This document shows, one piece after another, positions 8,560 through 18,010 of a DNA stretch of 64,000 bases. The translations under genes and the position numbers were made by a program. The DNA is from Burkholderiales bacterium (GTDB taxonomy: Bacteria; Pseudomonadota; Gammaproteobacteria; Burkholderiales; UBA11063): contig DAORIZ010000002.1 in NCBI GenBank assembly GCA_035438765.1, forward strand, positions 65,249 through 129,248. Reading direction: 5' to 3'. How positions within the stretch are numbered: position 1 is the first letter of the stretch; each line of letters starts with the position of its first letter. The notes beneath the pieces are model-generated. The model had not been told where the DNA came from. It ran no database searches and saw only the letters and a list, made by a program, of their open reading frames with translations.

Positions 8560-9778
8560 ACGTAATTCAATTATTAGTTCAACGTTGACACTCTATTTAT
8601 GTGGCTATTTATGTGTACTTGGCTGGGCATTTTTAGGTAAGTACCAGATTAGTTCTTTTTTACCTGCAGCCGAAAGTGCTGGATTATTAATTTTAGGTAA
8701 TTTAGGACTAGGATTTTTTTTAACAGTGTCAATAATAACTTACTTCCGAAAAGTTAAAACAGATCGTCTATATACAAAAAAAAGTAACGGGCGCTATAAA
8801 ACTACTCAAGGTATATTACCTGAAGGCATTCAACATAAATCAGAAACAGTCTGGAAATCAAGTGATTTACCTCCTAATTTGTCAACTTGGATTGAGATCA
8901 ACAAAGACAAATACCCTGAATATGTAGGACTTTTTCGTAAAATTGCCGGAGTACTCAAATATAACTTAAATTTGCCAGCCTCTCAGAATAATTGCGTGAG
9001 TTTGTATGCGCATAGTATTAAAGTCAGTGAGGAATTATGCAAGTTAATTAATCTACCAAGTAACGAGATAATTAAAGCCTTGTTTGGAACTAGTGCTCCA
9101 TCAAGTGTTAATACGTATTTAGAGATGATTGATACTCTCAAAAATGTGCCATTATTACCAGTCCTCGGAGTATCTCACGATATTGGCAAGCTTGAATCTA
9201 TTGAGTATGATGGTGATCAAATAAAATATGCTGACTTATTTTGTAAACAATCAAAAAATATTGTATCTCGCATGAAAATAGGCTGGACTATACCTGAAGA
9301 TTATCAATACGTATTATTATTTGCACTAAATTATTTTGATGGCAGCTCATTACTACCAAAGCAAATAGTTGGAGACAAGCTGCAAAGTAAATCAATCCTT
9401 GGAGAATTCCTTATTGATCTCTTGATTTTGGCACATAACACTGTTGACTCAAGCGAGTATTACCAGTCTAGATTTACCAACAGAAAAATTGATACTAACG
9501 TAATAATTGAAGAATCATCTAATGAATTAACGGTCGAAGATCCTGCTGTTGTTGCCATTGAGCCAGAGGTTGGAGCAAAATTAATAAGTGAAATTCCAAT
9601 AGAACGTCCAAAACGTCAAACTCGTGCTAACCATAAACCCGTACCCAAAGTTAGCTCTGGGCAACTAACAGATAAATTTAGTAAAAATGGCACCCAACGA
9701 GAACAAGTTAATAAGCATTGGAGTAAGCAAGCAATTATTGAAGATTGGCATAGTGGTGATTATCGTGAACCTAAGTAA
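8552..9778 (+). CDS. membrane-anchored HD-domain protein (possible MOBH-like relaxase relative)
   Basis: Two N-terminal hydrophobic helices. H...HD signature (LYAHSIKVSEE ... LGVSHDIGKLE). The HDxGK motif is characteristic of HD phosphohydrolases and of MOBH relaxases. Confidence 0.4.
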   Translation: MIKRNSIISSTLTLYLCGYLCVLGWAFLGKYQISSFLPAAESAGLLILGNLGLGFFLTVSIITYFRKVKTDRLYTKKSNGRYKTTQGILPEGIQHKSETVWKSSDLPPNLSTWIEINKDKYPEYVGLFRKIAGVLKYNLNLPASQNNCVSLYAHSIKVSEELCKLINLPSNEIIKALFGTSAPSSVNTYLEMIDTLKNVPLLPVLGVSHDIGKLESIEYDGDQIKYADLFCKQSKNIVSRMKIGWTIPEDYQYVLLFALNYFDGSSLLPKQIVGDKLQSKSILGEFLIDLLILAHNTVDSSEYYQSRFTNRKIDTNVIIEESSNELTVEDPAVVAIEPEVGAKLISEIPIERPKRQTRANHKPVPKVSSGQLTDKFSKNGTQREQVNKHWSKQAIIEDWHSGDYREPK

Positions 9779-10571
9779 TTATCATAAATTTGTATTAGAG
9801 CTTCAGAGCTATATTTGTCAAGAACCTGACTATTCCAAGATTAGCGAGTTTATTTATAATAACGAATACTGCCTCCATATGTGCAAAATGGTATCGCGTA
9901 AATTCAATGTAAATGATCAGGACTTACATTCTGAGTTGATCTTATTTATATTCGAGAATGATTCATTTAGAAAAGTATTAATTGGTGATAACGCGTTCAA
10001 TGGCAGAGTTTTCACCTTTCAAATTATGCAATTAGCAAAAAAAATGCAGTCAAAATTTAGTAGTGATGAAATTAATATTGATCATATTGTAGATAAGATT
10101 ATTGATGTTGAAGAATCAGCGGTAGAGGCAAAACACCAACGTTCGCAAGTTACGCAGTTGGGATTCATAAAGACACAAAAACTTAGAGAACTTAATGACT
10201 ATCGGCAAAAAATACTACTTGGTGATTTCACGATTGATGAACTTGTTGAAGTTATAGGTCTAAATACTGCCGAGTTAATGGCTAAAGCAGGTATTGCTAA
10301 TCGGTATAGCTTGATTACATCACCGGAGTTGTATCGAGAAAAAATAGTTTCATTGTTTGATACATATTGTGAACTGTATTCCCGCTGGTACTTCAGTAAA
10401 GATGTGTATCTTAAACAATTAATCATTCAATATGGCTCATTAAAAGCCTTATATCGGTTTTTAACTCCTCGATATTCTTATATGTCTTTTATGAATAAAT
10501 TTAGCTCGCCAAGTATTTGGGATATAGAAGAGTTGATGTTATTAGTAAGAAAGCAGCAATGTTATGCATGA
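9687..10571 (+). CDS. hypothetical protein (start uncertain)
   Basis: The ORF overlaps the previous gene by 92 nt. The first in-frame ATG after the upstream stop is at 9879. Confidence 0.35.
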   Translation: MAPNENKLISIGVSKQLLKIGIVVIIVNLSNYHKFVLELQSYICQEPDYSKISEFIYNNEYCLHMCKMVSRKFNVNDQDLHSELILFIFENDSFRKVLIGDNAFNGRVFTFQIMQLAKKMQSKFSSDEINIDHIVDKIIDVEESAVEAKHQRSQVTQLGFIKTQKLRELNDYRQKILLGDFTIDELVEVIGLNTAELMAKAGIANRYSLITSPELYREKIVSLFDTYCELYSRWYFSKDVYLKQLIIQYGSLKALYRFLTPRYSYMSFMNKFSSPSIWDIEELMLLVRKQQCYA

Positions 10572-10896
10572 TTTATTTCCTGGCATTGATATTAACTTTA
10601 ATACAGCAATTATTACTGTAATAATAATTATTTTGGTATATTTAATAGCGTTAATTATTCCTGGCGTTGGTAGCGTAGTAAAACACATTACTCATACAAT
10701 TACCAAATATGTTATTCATCCATTTTTTAAGTACGTAATTGAAGCGATTGCCTTGCTATTGCTTAAAATGATTTGGTGGCTATTTAAATACGTAATATAC
10801 GCCTTTCGTATTTATCTGTATAACTTAACTCGTACTCACGAAAAAATCTACCCTAAACTCGAGCAAAAGAAAATTGGAGTTATTGATGAAAATTAA
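10564..10896 (+). CDS. small integral membrane protein
   Basis: 110 aa with two or three hydrophobic helices. Confidence 0.4.
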   Translation: MHDLFPGIDINFNTAIITVIIIILVYLIALIIPGVGSVVKHITHTITKYVIHPFFKYVIEAIALLLLKMIWWLFKYVIYAFRIYLYNLTRTHEKIYPKLEQKKIGVIDEN

Positions 10897-11515
10897 AAGG
10901 TTATTATTGGTATTAATTATTCCAATCTGCATTCAAGCTGAGGATCTTGGTGCAATAGGTAAAACCTATCCAATTGGTGAGCAGAGTTTGCTTGAATACA
11001 TAAAACAAAAAGCAAGTTCAATGGTAGCTGATGGTTCTTGGGAGAAACTAAGACAACAAGCTGTCGCTCGTACCGAGCAGCAAATAGACCATCCACCGGC
11101 AATTGCGGGTATTGGTCCAACTATTGAAAGTAATGTACGATATTATGATCCTTCAATAAGAATAAATCAAGATATCGTAGATCCATATACTAAGAAAACG
11201 CTCGCTAAAAAGGGGCAAATCATTAATCCAACAACTTATCTGCCATTTAATAATGAGTTAATTTTTATTGATGGACGAGATCCTGAGCAGGTTAGCTACG
11301 CTCTAGCTGAAAGTAAGCGTTCTACATTTAGAACCAGCATTGTGCTTACTGCGACCAATAACTTCAGGGCACTATTAAAACAAGAGCATAAACTGTTCTT
11401 TTATGATCAAGGTGCTACCTTAACCAAGAAGTTTGGAATTCGCCATGTTCCAACTATTATCTATCAAGATAATATACAACCAACTAAATTGAGGATTGAG
11501 GAGGTAAAGATTTGA
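10886..11515 (+). CDS. traW: F-type conjugal transfer protein TraW
   Basis: Signal peptide, then collinear similarity to F TraW as I recall it (...PPAIAGIGPT...YYDPSIRINQDI...INPTTYLPFNNELIFIDGRDPEQV...FYDQGATLTKKFGIRHVP...). TGGAG lies before the ATG at 10886. Confidence 0.8.
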   Translation: MKIKRLLLVLIIPICIQAEDLGAIGKTYPIGEQSLLEYIKQKASSMVADGSWEKLRQQAVARTEQQIDHPPAIAGIGPTIESNVRYYDPSIRINQDIVDPYTKKTLAKKGQIINPTTYLPFNNELIFIDGRDPEQVSYALAESKRSTFRTSIVLTATNNFRALLKQEHKLFFYDQGATLTKKFGIRHVPTIIYQDNIQPTKLRIEEVKI

Positions 11516-11898
11516 ATAAGCTCTTAATTTGTATTCTTTTAAGTTTAGTGGTTGGCTGTTCTAAAATAGATCCGGCCAATGAAGTGAAATGTAAGATGGA
11601 AAGAGATCAACTTATCCTTGAGAATAAACAACTAACTAGTCAACTTACTCAATTAAAACTGAATGTTGCAACGGAAGTAAAAAATAAGACCAGCGCTAAA
11701 GAAAGTGAACTTAGCGCTCAGATTGCCAGCTATAATAAGCAAACTTTTCAAATGGAGATCGATGACCAAAAATTCAGGTCACGGATAAGAATGCTAGTTG
11801 GAATTTCAATGGCTGGTATAGTTAGTTTGTTAATAGTCATCAATATCATCTTATTTAAACGCTTTAATCCCTCAAGAAAGAAAATTTATGAAGAATAA
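11512..11898 (+). CDS. lipoprotein with coiled coil and C-terminal TM helix
   Basis: Lipobox LVVGC, a heptad-like middle region and the hydrophobic segment MLVGISMAGIVSLLIVINIILF. Located between traW and traU. Confidence 0.4.
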   Translation: MNKLLICILLSLVVGCSKIDPANEVKCKMERDQLILENKQLTSQLTQLKLNVATEVKNKTSAKESELSAQIASYNKQTFQMEIDDQKFRSRIRMLVGISMAGIVSLLIVINIILFKRFNPSRKKIYEE

Positions 11899-12928
11899 AT
11901 TATGTAAGACAATAATTGCAATGTTAGGCTTTGGTTTTATGTCCGGACAGGTAAATGCAGCGTGTGTCGGTAAATTTGCCAACCCTATAACAGATGTTTG
12001 CTGGTCATGTATGTTTCCATTTTATATCATGGGTATGAAAATTGATAATCTTAGAGGTGAGCAACCAGCTGGAGCATTCACAGCACCTGCAGTATGCGCT
12101 GGACAAACTGTCATGGGTTTTAAAATTGGTGTAGGGATGGACTTCTATGATCCAAATAAAATCGTTGATGTAACTAGAACCCCTTACTGCATGGTTGGAT
12201 TGGGTGGAGTCGATTTAAGCGCGGGTGTAGCATCTCTGTATAAACGTCAGGGTGAAACTATGCCTGAAGGCGTTAAATTAAATAACTTCTATCAAGCACA
12301 TACTTATATTAATCCACTATTGTTTATATTAGAAGTACCTATTGATATGGCGTGTACGCAAGCAGCAAATTTTGATATTGCTTATTTGACTGAATTGGAT
12401 CCACTTTGGAATAATGATAATTTAACCTTTTTCTTAAACCCAGACGCCATTTTATACGCTAACCCTGCAACTGCAATTACGACCGCATTAGATTGTGTTA
12501 ATAATTTACCTGGTGCTTGGAATATATCTAGTGGTTATGTCTATTGGAGTGCTGGATGTCAAGGTTCAATGTTCCCTCTCGATGGAAACTTACCCGGAAG
12601 TAATCCTATTGATGATAGCGTATTAACTATGCAGCGATTGTTGCATAAAAATCATCGTGAACTTCTAGAGTATTCAACTGCTGGCCCGCTGGCTGTCTTT
12701 GCACCAATAATCCCACAACCAATTATGAATAAGACTGAATACAAGTACAGTATGATATATCCAGTTAATTTTGTAGATCCGCTCTCTGGAGGTAAATGTT
12801 GCTCGCCATTTGGTAGAACAACTGCAGGTTGGGCACCAGGTCACTCATTTCCCACTATGGGCGAAGATTTTAGTTATCAAATATATCAACGTCGTGATTG
12901 CTGCAGTGGAATAACGATACCAAACTAG
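11888..12928 (+). CDS. traU: F-type conjugal transfer protein TraU
   Basis: Hallmark N-terminal motif CVGKFANPITDVCWSCMFPF and conserved Cys pattern. 346 aa. Confidence 0.85.
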   Translation: MKNKLCKTIIAMLGFGFMSGQVNAACVGKFANPITDVCWSCMFPFYIMGMKIDNLRGEQPAGAFTAPAVCAGQTVMGFKIGVGMDFYDPNKIVDVTRTPYCMVGLGGVDLSAGVASLYKRQGETMPEGVKLNNFYQAHTYINPLLFILEVPIDMACTQAANFDIAYLTELDPLWNNDNLTFFLNPDAILYANPATAITTALDCVNNLPGAWNISSGYVYWSAGCQGSMFPLDGNLPGSNPIDDSVLTMQRLLHKNHRELLEYSTAGPLAVFAPIIPQPIMNKTEYKYSMIYPVNFVDPLSGGKCCSPFGRTTAGWAPGHSFPTMGEDFSYQIYQRRDCCSGITIPN

Positions 12929-12955
12929 TTATATATTTTAGAAGAAAGTTGTATA

Positions 12956-13726
12956 ATGCCAAATAAAACCATATTGTTAGCTTTTGTATTTGCTGGTGCT
13001 CAATGCTATGCAGCAAATACAAGTACTAGTTTATCAGCTGTTCAAGCAAAAAACGAAAGTCAGATTAGCTTAATTAGTAATAACTTTGGCAATTTAGCTA
13101 CTAAAAACAAGGCGAGTATAGCTCAAATTAATATGGAATCAGCACAAAAGATTAACGTAAGTAATTTAGCTAAAACTAAGGTCACAGCTAGTAATATGCC
13201 AAATATTTCGAGCGGTGATTTAGTACCTAATCAAATCAATATCAATGACTTATTAAAACAAAGTCAACAGCAAATTAGCCAAAACCCAAACAATACAGAC
13301 GTATCGCTTTATTTAAGCTTTACTAGTCTTGATAAGGATGTTGTTATTTCATATGCAAAGCAAGCTGTAAAATATGGAGTGCCGATTGTACTTCGTGGGT
13401 TTATTAATAACTCGTACAAGGATACATCGGCGTATATTCGTAAACTTAGAGAGGTGTTTCCTGATTTGACTATTTTGATAGACCCACCAGCATATGAAAA
13501 GTATGATGTCAAACATGTTCCTGCATTGGTAGTCTCAAAATTGCCTACAAATCCAGTCAAGGATGGATGTAACTCGCCAGGGGATTTTAGCAAAATATCA
13601 GGTGAGGTTTCAATTATTGCCATGCTAGATTACATTCGATTACACAGCAAGAATCCAGCAATTGCTTCAATTGCGGCGAATAGAATAAATGATGTACGAG
13701 AAAAAAGGTATTTCAAAGTTGATTAA
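12956..13726 (+). CDS. trbC: F-type TrbC-like periplasmic protein
   Basis: Signal peptide. C-terminal thioredoxin-like region (...VPIVLRGF...IDPPAYEKYDVKHVPALVV...). Sits directly after traU, as in F-like systems. Confidence 0.65.
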   Translation: MPNKTILLAFVFAGAQCYAANTSTSLSAVQAKNESQISLISNNFGNLATKNKASIAQINMESAQKINVSNLAKTKVTASNMPNISSGDLVPNQININDLLKQSQQQISQNPNNTDVSLYLSFTSLDKDVVISYAKQAVKYGVPIVLRGFINNSYKDTSAYIRKLREVFPDLTILIDPPAYEKYDVKHVPALVVSKLPTNPVKDGCNSPGDFSKISGEVSIIAMLDYIRLHSKNPAIASIAANRINDVREKRYFKVD

Positions 13727-14084
13727 AGGTAGTTTCTTGCTTGTATTGCTGAGTTATAGCATCTCGTGTAATGCAGATGATATTAGTATTAAGCAACAGT
13801 CCATTGCACAACAAGCACTAGCTAATGCGACTAGCAAAATTGACTTAAATAAAATTCAACAACAGCAAGCACAACAAAATAAAGATAATGTATTATCGGC
13901 CAGAATTTATGAGATAACTACGATACCGACTTGGCGTAATCTTATATTTATTCGTCAATCACGAGTAGGTAATAGCGTAAATCCGGAGCTATTAATTAAG
14001 CAAATTAATGACTACCTAATCCAATATAATCACCCACAACTGACGTCTCATCAGCAATCATTATTAACCCATGCAATAAATTAG
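13689..14084 (+). CDS. secreted hypothetical protein
   Basis: 131 aa with a signal peptide and Q-rich region. Overlaps the end of trbC. Confidence 0.35.
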   Translation: MMYEKKGISKLIKGSFLLVLLSYSISCNADDISIKQQSIAQQALANATSKIDLNKIQQQQAQQNKDNVLSARIYEITTIPTWRNLIFIRQSRVGNSVNPELLIKQINDYLIQYNHPQLTSHQQSLLTHAIN

Positions 14085-14128
14085 TAGTAGTAACCAAGTA
14101 AGGTAATTAGATGCAGGACTATAGTATT

Positions 14129-14722
14129 TTAATCAATATATTCCCAAGTCAACGGTTCTTTAGTAACTGGATGTTTGCCAGCAGATTTATATAGGTACTT
14201 ACCTCGAACAAAGTTTTTATTTAGATGCCGCATAATGACTGTATGAGCTGTTAAACCACACCAGATTGCAGCATCTCTCATGCAATTAAACGATTCTCCA
14301 GTTGAAGCCTGAATTCTTTTTGGTCGCTGCCCATGAGTTTTACTATGATTATAAATATCATCTTTAATTTGAGCAGATTTAGTGGTCCATTTTAGATTAC
14401 TAATATGATTATTTAATTGGTTTTTATCAATATGAGCAACTATTTTCAAATTATCAGCGTTTGGTATATATGTTAATGCTACCAATTTTGCCAAGCTATA
14501 ATACTTTGTTTGAGCGTTAATTGCAAGGCTTACCACTAAAGCTCCATATTTTGAAAGGCTTGGCACTAACCATTTTCCGTTGTGTCCTTTTACCCCTCTA
14601 CATGTTTCCCACGTTTTAGGATAGCTCCAAACTCGACCAGAAGAGGTAATAGCGTAAATCCCTTCATATCCAGGAATATCTTTAATAATTTCATCATTTT
14701 CGAGAGCTGGAATATTTTGCAT
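14129..14722 (-). CDS. free-standing HNH homing-type endonuclease with NUMOD4 motif
   Basis: NUMOD4-like IKDIPGYEGIYAITSSGRVWS. HNH_3-like ...LVALTYIPN...VAHIDKNQLNNHISNLKWTT. Confidence 0.7.
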   Translation of the reverse strand: MQNIPALENDEIIKDIPGYEGIYAITSSGRVWSYPKTWETCRGVKGHNGKWLVPSLSKYGALVVSLAINAQTKYYSLAKLVALTYIPNADNLKIVAHIDKNQLNNHISNLKWTTKSAQIKDDIYNHSKTHGQRPKRIQASTGESFNCMRDAAIWCGLTAHTVIMRHLNKNFVRGKYLYKSAGKHPVTKEPLTWEYID

Positions 14723-14809
14723 CTGTTAACTCTAATATAATCATGAAGAAAATATCATAAATCAAATTAAAGTTTAACGTATTATTATTAAACCAGTTAC
14801 TGTAAAAAT

Positions 14810-16639
14810 TTACTTTATTAATAAGTCTAAGAATCTTGTAAACCTTGATTTAATTAAAGCTTTCTCTTTCGCTTTTTGTTCTTTTTCTTCCTCTGTATCA
14901 AGTAGCGCTAAGCCATTATTTTCATCAGTAATGGAAATTTCTTTCTTAAGTTCAACAATATCAATATATTTTTTATAATTGAGTTTAAGGCTTATGCCCG
15001 TTTCGGGTGTATCAAGGCAAAAACGGTTGATGGTATACTCAGTCTGAGATTCGGCTTCAATCATAGCCATTTGTAAGTGATAAATTTCTCTGCCTCCAAT
15101 GGTCAGAATACATTCTCCAATTCCGATAGCTTCAAGTTGAGGAGCAGTGATTATATCTTCGTCAATTTGTTGATAACCATATGATTGACCAGCACCATCA
15201 CCGATATTAGCATTTGGTGCTACTTGGAGATTTTGTTTACTTTCGCTTGAGTTTTCAGTTCGTGTTAGAGTATATTTGATAGCTTTTGTTTTACCGAGGT
15301 TTTTGACCACCCGTTCTGCAGTATCAAGATCGCCAACTTTCAAATAAATTTTACTCCAGGTATTACCTTCAACTATAGACAGTAGTTCTGGACTTATTTT
15401 TTTGTAATTAGAGTCTGTTTGAACTGCAGGCATCATTACTATTCTGGCAGAGCGAGCTTGTTCAAACAATCGCCCCCAATTATCATTGACGTAGGATCCT
15501 GCCTCATCCATTGATGCGAGAAATAATGGGTTTGGTTTTTTATTCTCAGGAAGTTTTAGAACCCAGGAAACTGCAGTACGTAGATCAGATACTAAAATCT
15601 TACCAAACGCATTGGCCGCTTCAGTTTTACCTAATGTTGGTAGCATGATCCATAGGATTTTATTTTGTGTAATTACATCAAATAGCTTAATTTCGGGGTT
15701 ATAGCTATTAGTGATTTGTCCAAAGTTATTCGTTCCAAGCATAAAAATACGACCTCCAACACCTCCAAACATCTGTTTTAATGCCAACGTATCAATTTTA
15801 CCTTTACGGACAAATTTGCTAATTAAAGTTTTAAAGTTAATAGTTTCTTCTGCATAATCATCAAGATTAGTAAGTCTTGTGTCTAATTCAATAATAGCCT
15901 TATCTGACATTAGTAATAATGCAAGATCAATCATCGAGTATGCTAGACCAGCTTTTTGTAACGCGGCTACAAAAATTGTCAATGCAACTGTTGCTTCAGA
16001 ACGATAGTGGTCTGAGCCTGGACTATTTTCTGAAAATGGAATTAGTGAAATAATTCTAGTGGCAACCTCATCCGGATCTCCATAAAGAATTGGATTATAC
16101 GTATTTGATAATTGTGGATCGTCAACGTTAACAACCAATACATCATCGCCGCGACCAATACTACGCATTAAACTTAAAAACTTGATAAAATCGTCTTTGG
16201 CATTTTTACCGTCAATATGCATTAATCCTCCACCAGTTAAAGCATGCTGAAAGAGTAAGTTTCTAATCAGAACTGATTTACCGGTACCAGACTGACCAAC
16301 TATCATAATATGGCGCATCATAATTTCGCGATAGAGACCAATTGGAAGTGCTAAATCAGATGTATATCCAACCAAATATGCTTTGTTTAGTTCAAACTCA
16401 TTAGTTACTTCTGATGATTTAAATTTTGTGCTGGTATCTAATAAATGCTCTTTTCGATATGCATCCAGTATCCTTGTGGATAAGCCAATTACTCCAAAAA
16501 TAGACAAAAGCGCAGACGAAATATGTAGCCAAGTACTATAAAATATCGGCATTAATGTAATAAGAGGCAAGAATATCAATGTGATGCATATTGTGTCTTT
16601 ATTGCCGCCGATTTGAATATTATTTAATTGTTTTAACAT
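14810..16639 (-). CDS. traD: type IV coupling protein TraD
   Basis: Two N-terminal TM helices, Walker A GQSGTGKS and Walker B-like LASMDEAGSY. GGAG lies 6 nt before the ATG at 16639; the track's TTG start is at 16654. Confidence 0.8.
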   Translation of the reverse strand: MLKQLNNIQIGGNKDTICITLIFLPLITLMPIFYSTWLHISSALLSIFGVIGLSTRILDAYRKEHLLDTSTKFKSSEVTNEFELNKAYLVGYTSDLALPIGLYREIMMRHIMIVGQSGTGKSVLIRNLLFQHALTGGGLMHIDGKNAKDDFIKFLSLMRSIGRGDDVLVVNVDDPQLSNTYNPILYGDPDEVATRIISLIPFSENSPGSDHYRSEATVALTIFVAALQKAGLAYSMIDLALLLMSDKAIIELDTRLTNLDDYAEETINFKTLISKFVRKGKIDTLALKQMFGGVGGRIFMLGTNNFGQITNSYNPEIKLFDVITQNKILWIMLPTLGKTEAANAFGKILVSDLRTAVSWVLKLPENKKPNPLFLASMDEAGSYVNDNWGRLFEQARSARIVMMPAVQTDSNYKKISPELLSIVEGNTWSKIYLKVGDLDTAERVVKNLGKTKAIKYTLTRTENSSESKQNLQVAPNANIGDGAGQSYGYQQIDEDIITAPQLEAIGIGECILTIGGREIYHLQMAMIEAESQTEYTINRFCLDTPETGISLKLNYKKYIDIVELKKEISITDENNGLALLDTEEEKEQKAKEKALIKSRFTRFLDLLIK

Positions 16640-16653
16640 AAGGAACTCCAACA

Positions 16654-16944
16654 ATGAAATGGTTTATACCGTTAGGCATATTAGGTTTATGGGCTTTTTA
16701 TATTTATTTAGGCGATACGCCTTCTACCAAGGTGTACCGTGCTTGTCATCCAACTTATACAAGCTTTGCATTAGTAAGCGATGTTGCGGCACGATGGGAT
16801 TACAGCGCAGCTCAGCACGTTTTAAATTGGGGTGAAAAAACTACAGCCTGGTGCGAATATTCAATTTATCGTTCTGTTTATGGCCAGCGCCAGGAATATG
16901 TACCATCAAATCTAAATGAAAGCAGCAATACTATTAGTAGATAA
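16654..16944 (+). CDS. hypothetical small membrane or secreted protein
   Basis: 96-aa ORF with AAGGA upstream and a hydrophobic N-terminus. Confidence 0.35.
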   Translation: MKWFIPLGILGLWAFYIYLGDTPSTKVYRACHPTYTSFALVSDVAARWDYSAAQHVLNWGEKTTAWCEYSIYRSVYGQRQEYVPSNLNESSNTISR

Positions 16945-17968
16945 CTTTCCATGCTCGCCATCCTTTCTGAATCTGATAGATTTGTAAGCATGGTGAAATA
17001 GTCGTTAAACTTCTTTCCACAAGAAATTCGAAATGATATTTCTTTAATTCAGTACAAGAAACGCTACCTTCAACCTCAATAGATTTCATAATTTGTTGCA
17101 CGCCTTGTTCATTAGCTCCAATTTCCATAGCTGGAGCTATCTTCAGATTGGGGCTATAAAATGGAACATAATAATTTGATTGTGATGTACCTAATACAAT
17201 AGAGTTTTTAGGTAGAACAAATTTTGGAATAAGCTTATAGTTTTCTACTCCGAGAGGTAGATAGATGCATAAACATAGTACAATGTATTTATGAATTGGC
17301 GATATCCTTAATCTAACCTTAGCAATTGAGTATGAAATAATAATCACAAACAACGCACTCAGAATTGCGGCATAACGAATCATATTGAATAAGATGAAAT
17401 ATCCAAATAATACGCTTGTAGTTGTCAATAATGAGTTGCTGGTAAGGATAGCGTATAGTGATTTGATTATTGGTATAAGCTTAGCTCTGTGGATCACATT
17501 AACATTCAGATTATGCATATAGCCAATTACATCTTTAAGTTTGTTGTTATGTAAAAAAAGATAGATAATTGCTGCAATACTAGTTACAGGAGATAATAGC
17601 ATTATCAGGATTGTTTTATTTTCACCAATTGTTGCCAGGCGATTATGATTTAAAACAGGTAAATCTAAAACACTACTAAGCCATAAGCCATGAGAGTATG
17701 ATTGCCAAAAGCAAACAGAGATAATAAAATAGGAAAGACTAAGTAATATTTTAGCTTTTGGACGATTGAATATCGCAAATACTGCAGGTATATAAAAAAA
17801 GCTTAGCCAATAACATGGTATTAATAACATTCCTAAGGAAAACCATAATATTTTGAACTGCGTACTTGATTTAAAAGCTAACCCCCAAAGCACCCAACAA
17901 GTAAATATCATTTCTGGCCGAGCTAGAATTAAGCGTAACATCGCAAAATTATTTAATAATAGCATCAT
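16934..17968 (-). pseudogene. C-terminal ~344 codons of a polytopic membrane protein split by the transposon (N-terminal part at 47573-47937)
   Basis: The first 8 codons of ORF 16934..17992 (MRGWVKTP) are encoded by the transposon IR. The frame joins ...KYILTTLLMM from 47573-47937 across the ATCAT duplication. Confidence 0.8.
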
Positions 17969-18008
17969 GGGTGTTTTGACCCAACCCCTCAAAAGTGTAA
18001 AATTTTGA
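17969..18008. repeat. terminal IR of Tn3-family element (tnpA end)
   Basis: GGGTGTTTTGACCCAACCCCTCAAAAGTGTAAAATTTTGA, compared with the reverse complement of 23843-23882, GGGTATTTTTGCCCATCCCCTCAAAAGTGTAAAATCTTGA. Confidence 0.85.
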
Positions 18009-18010
18009 AA

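Noticed and set aside
16934-17992. 352-aa ORF, and the 134-aa ORF at 47533..47937, treated as complete proteins
   Set aside because: Their terminal residues (MRGWVKTP and GIFAHPLKSVKS) are read from the transposon IRs. They join in frame across the ATCAT duplication.
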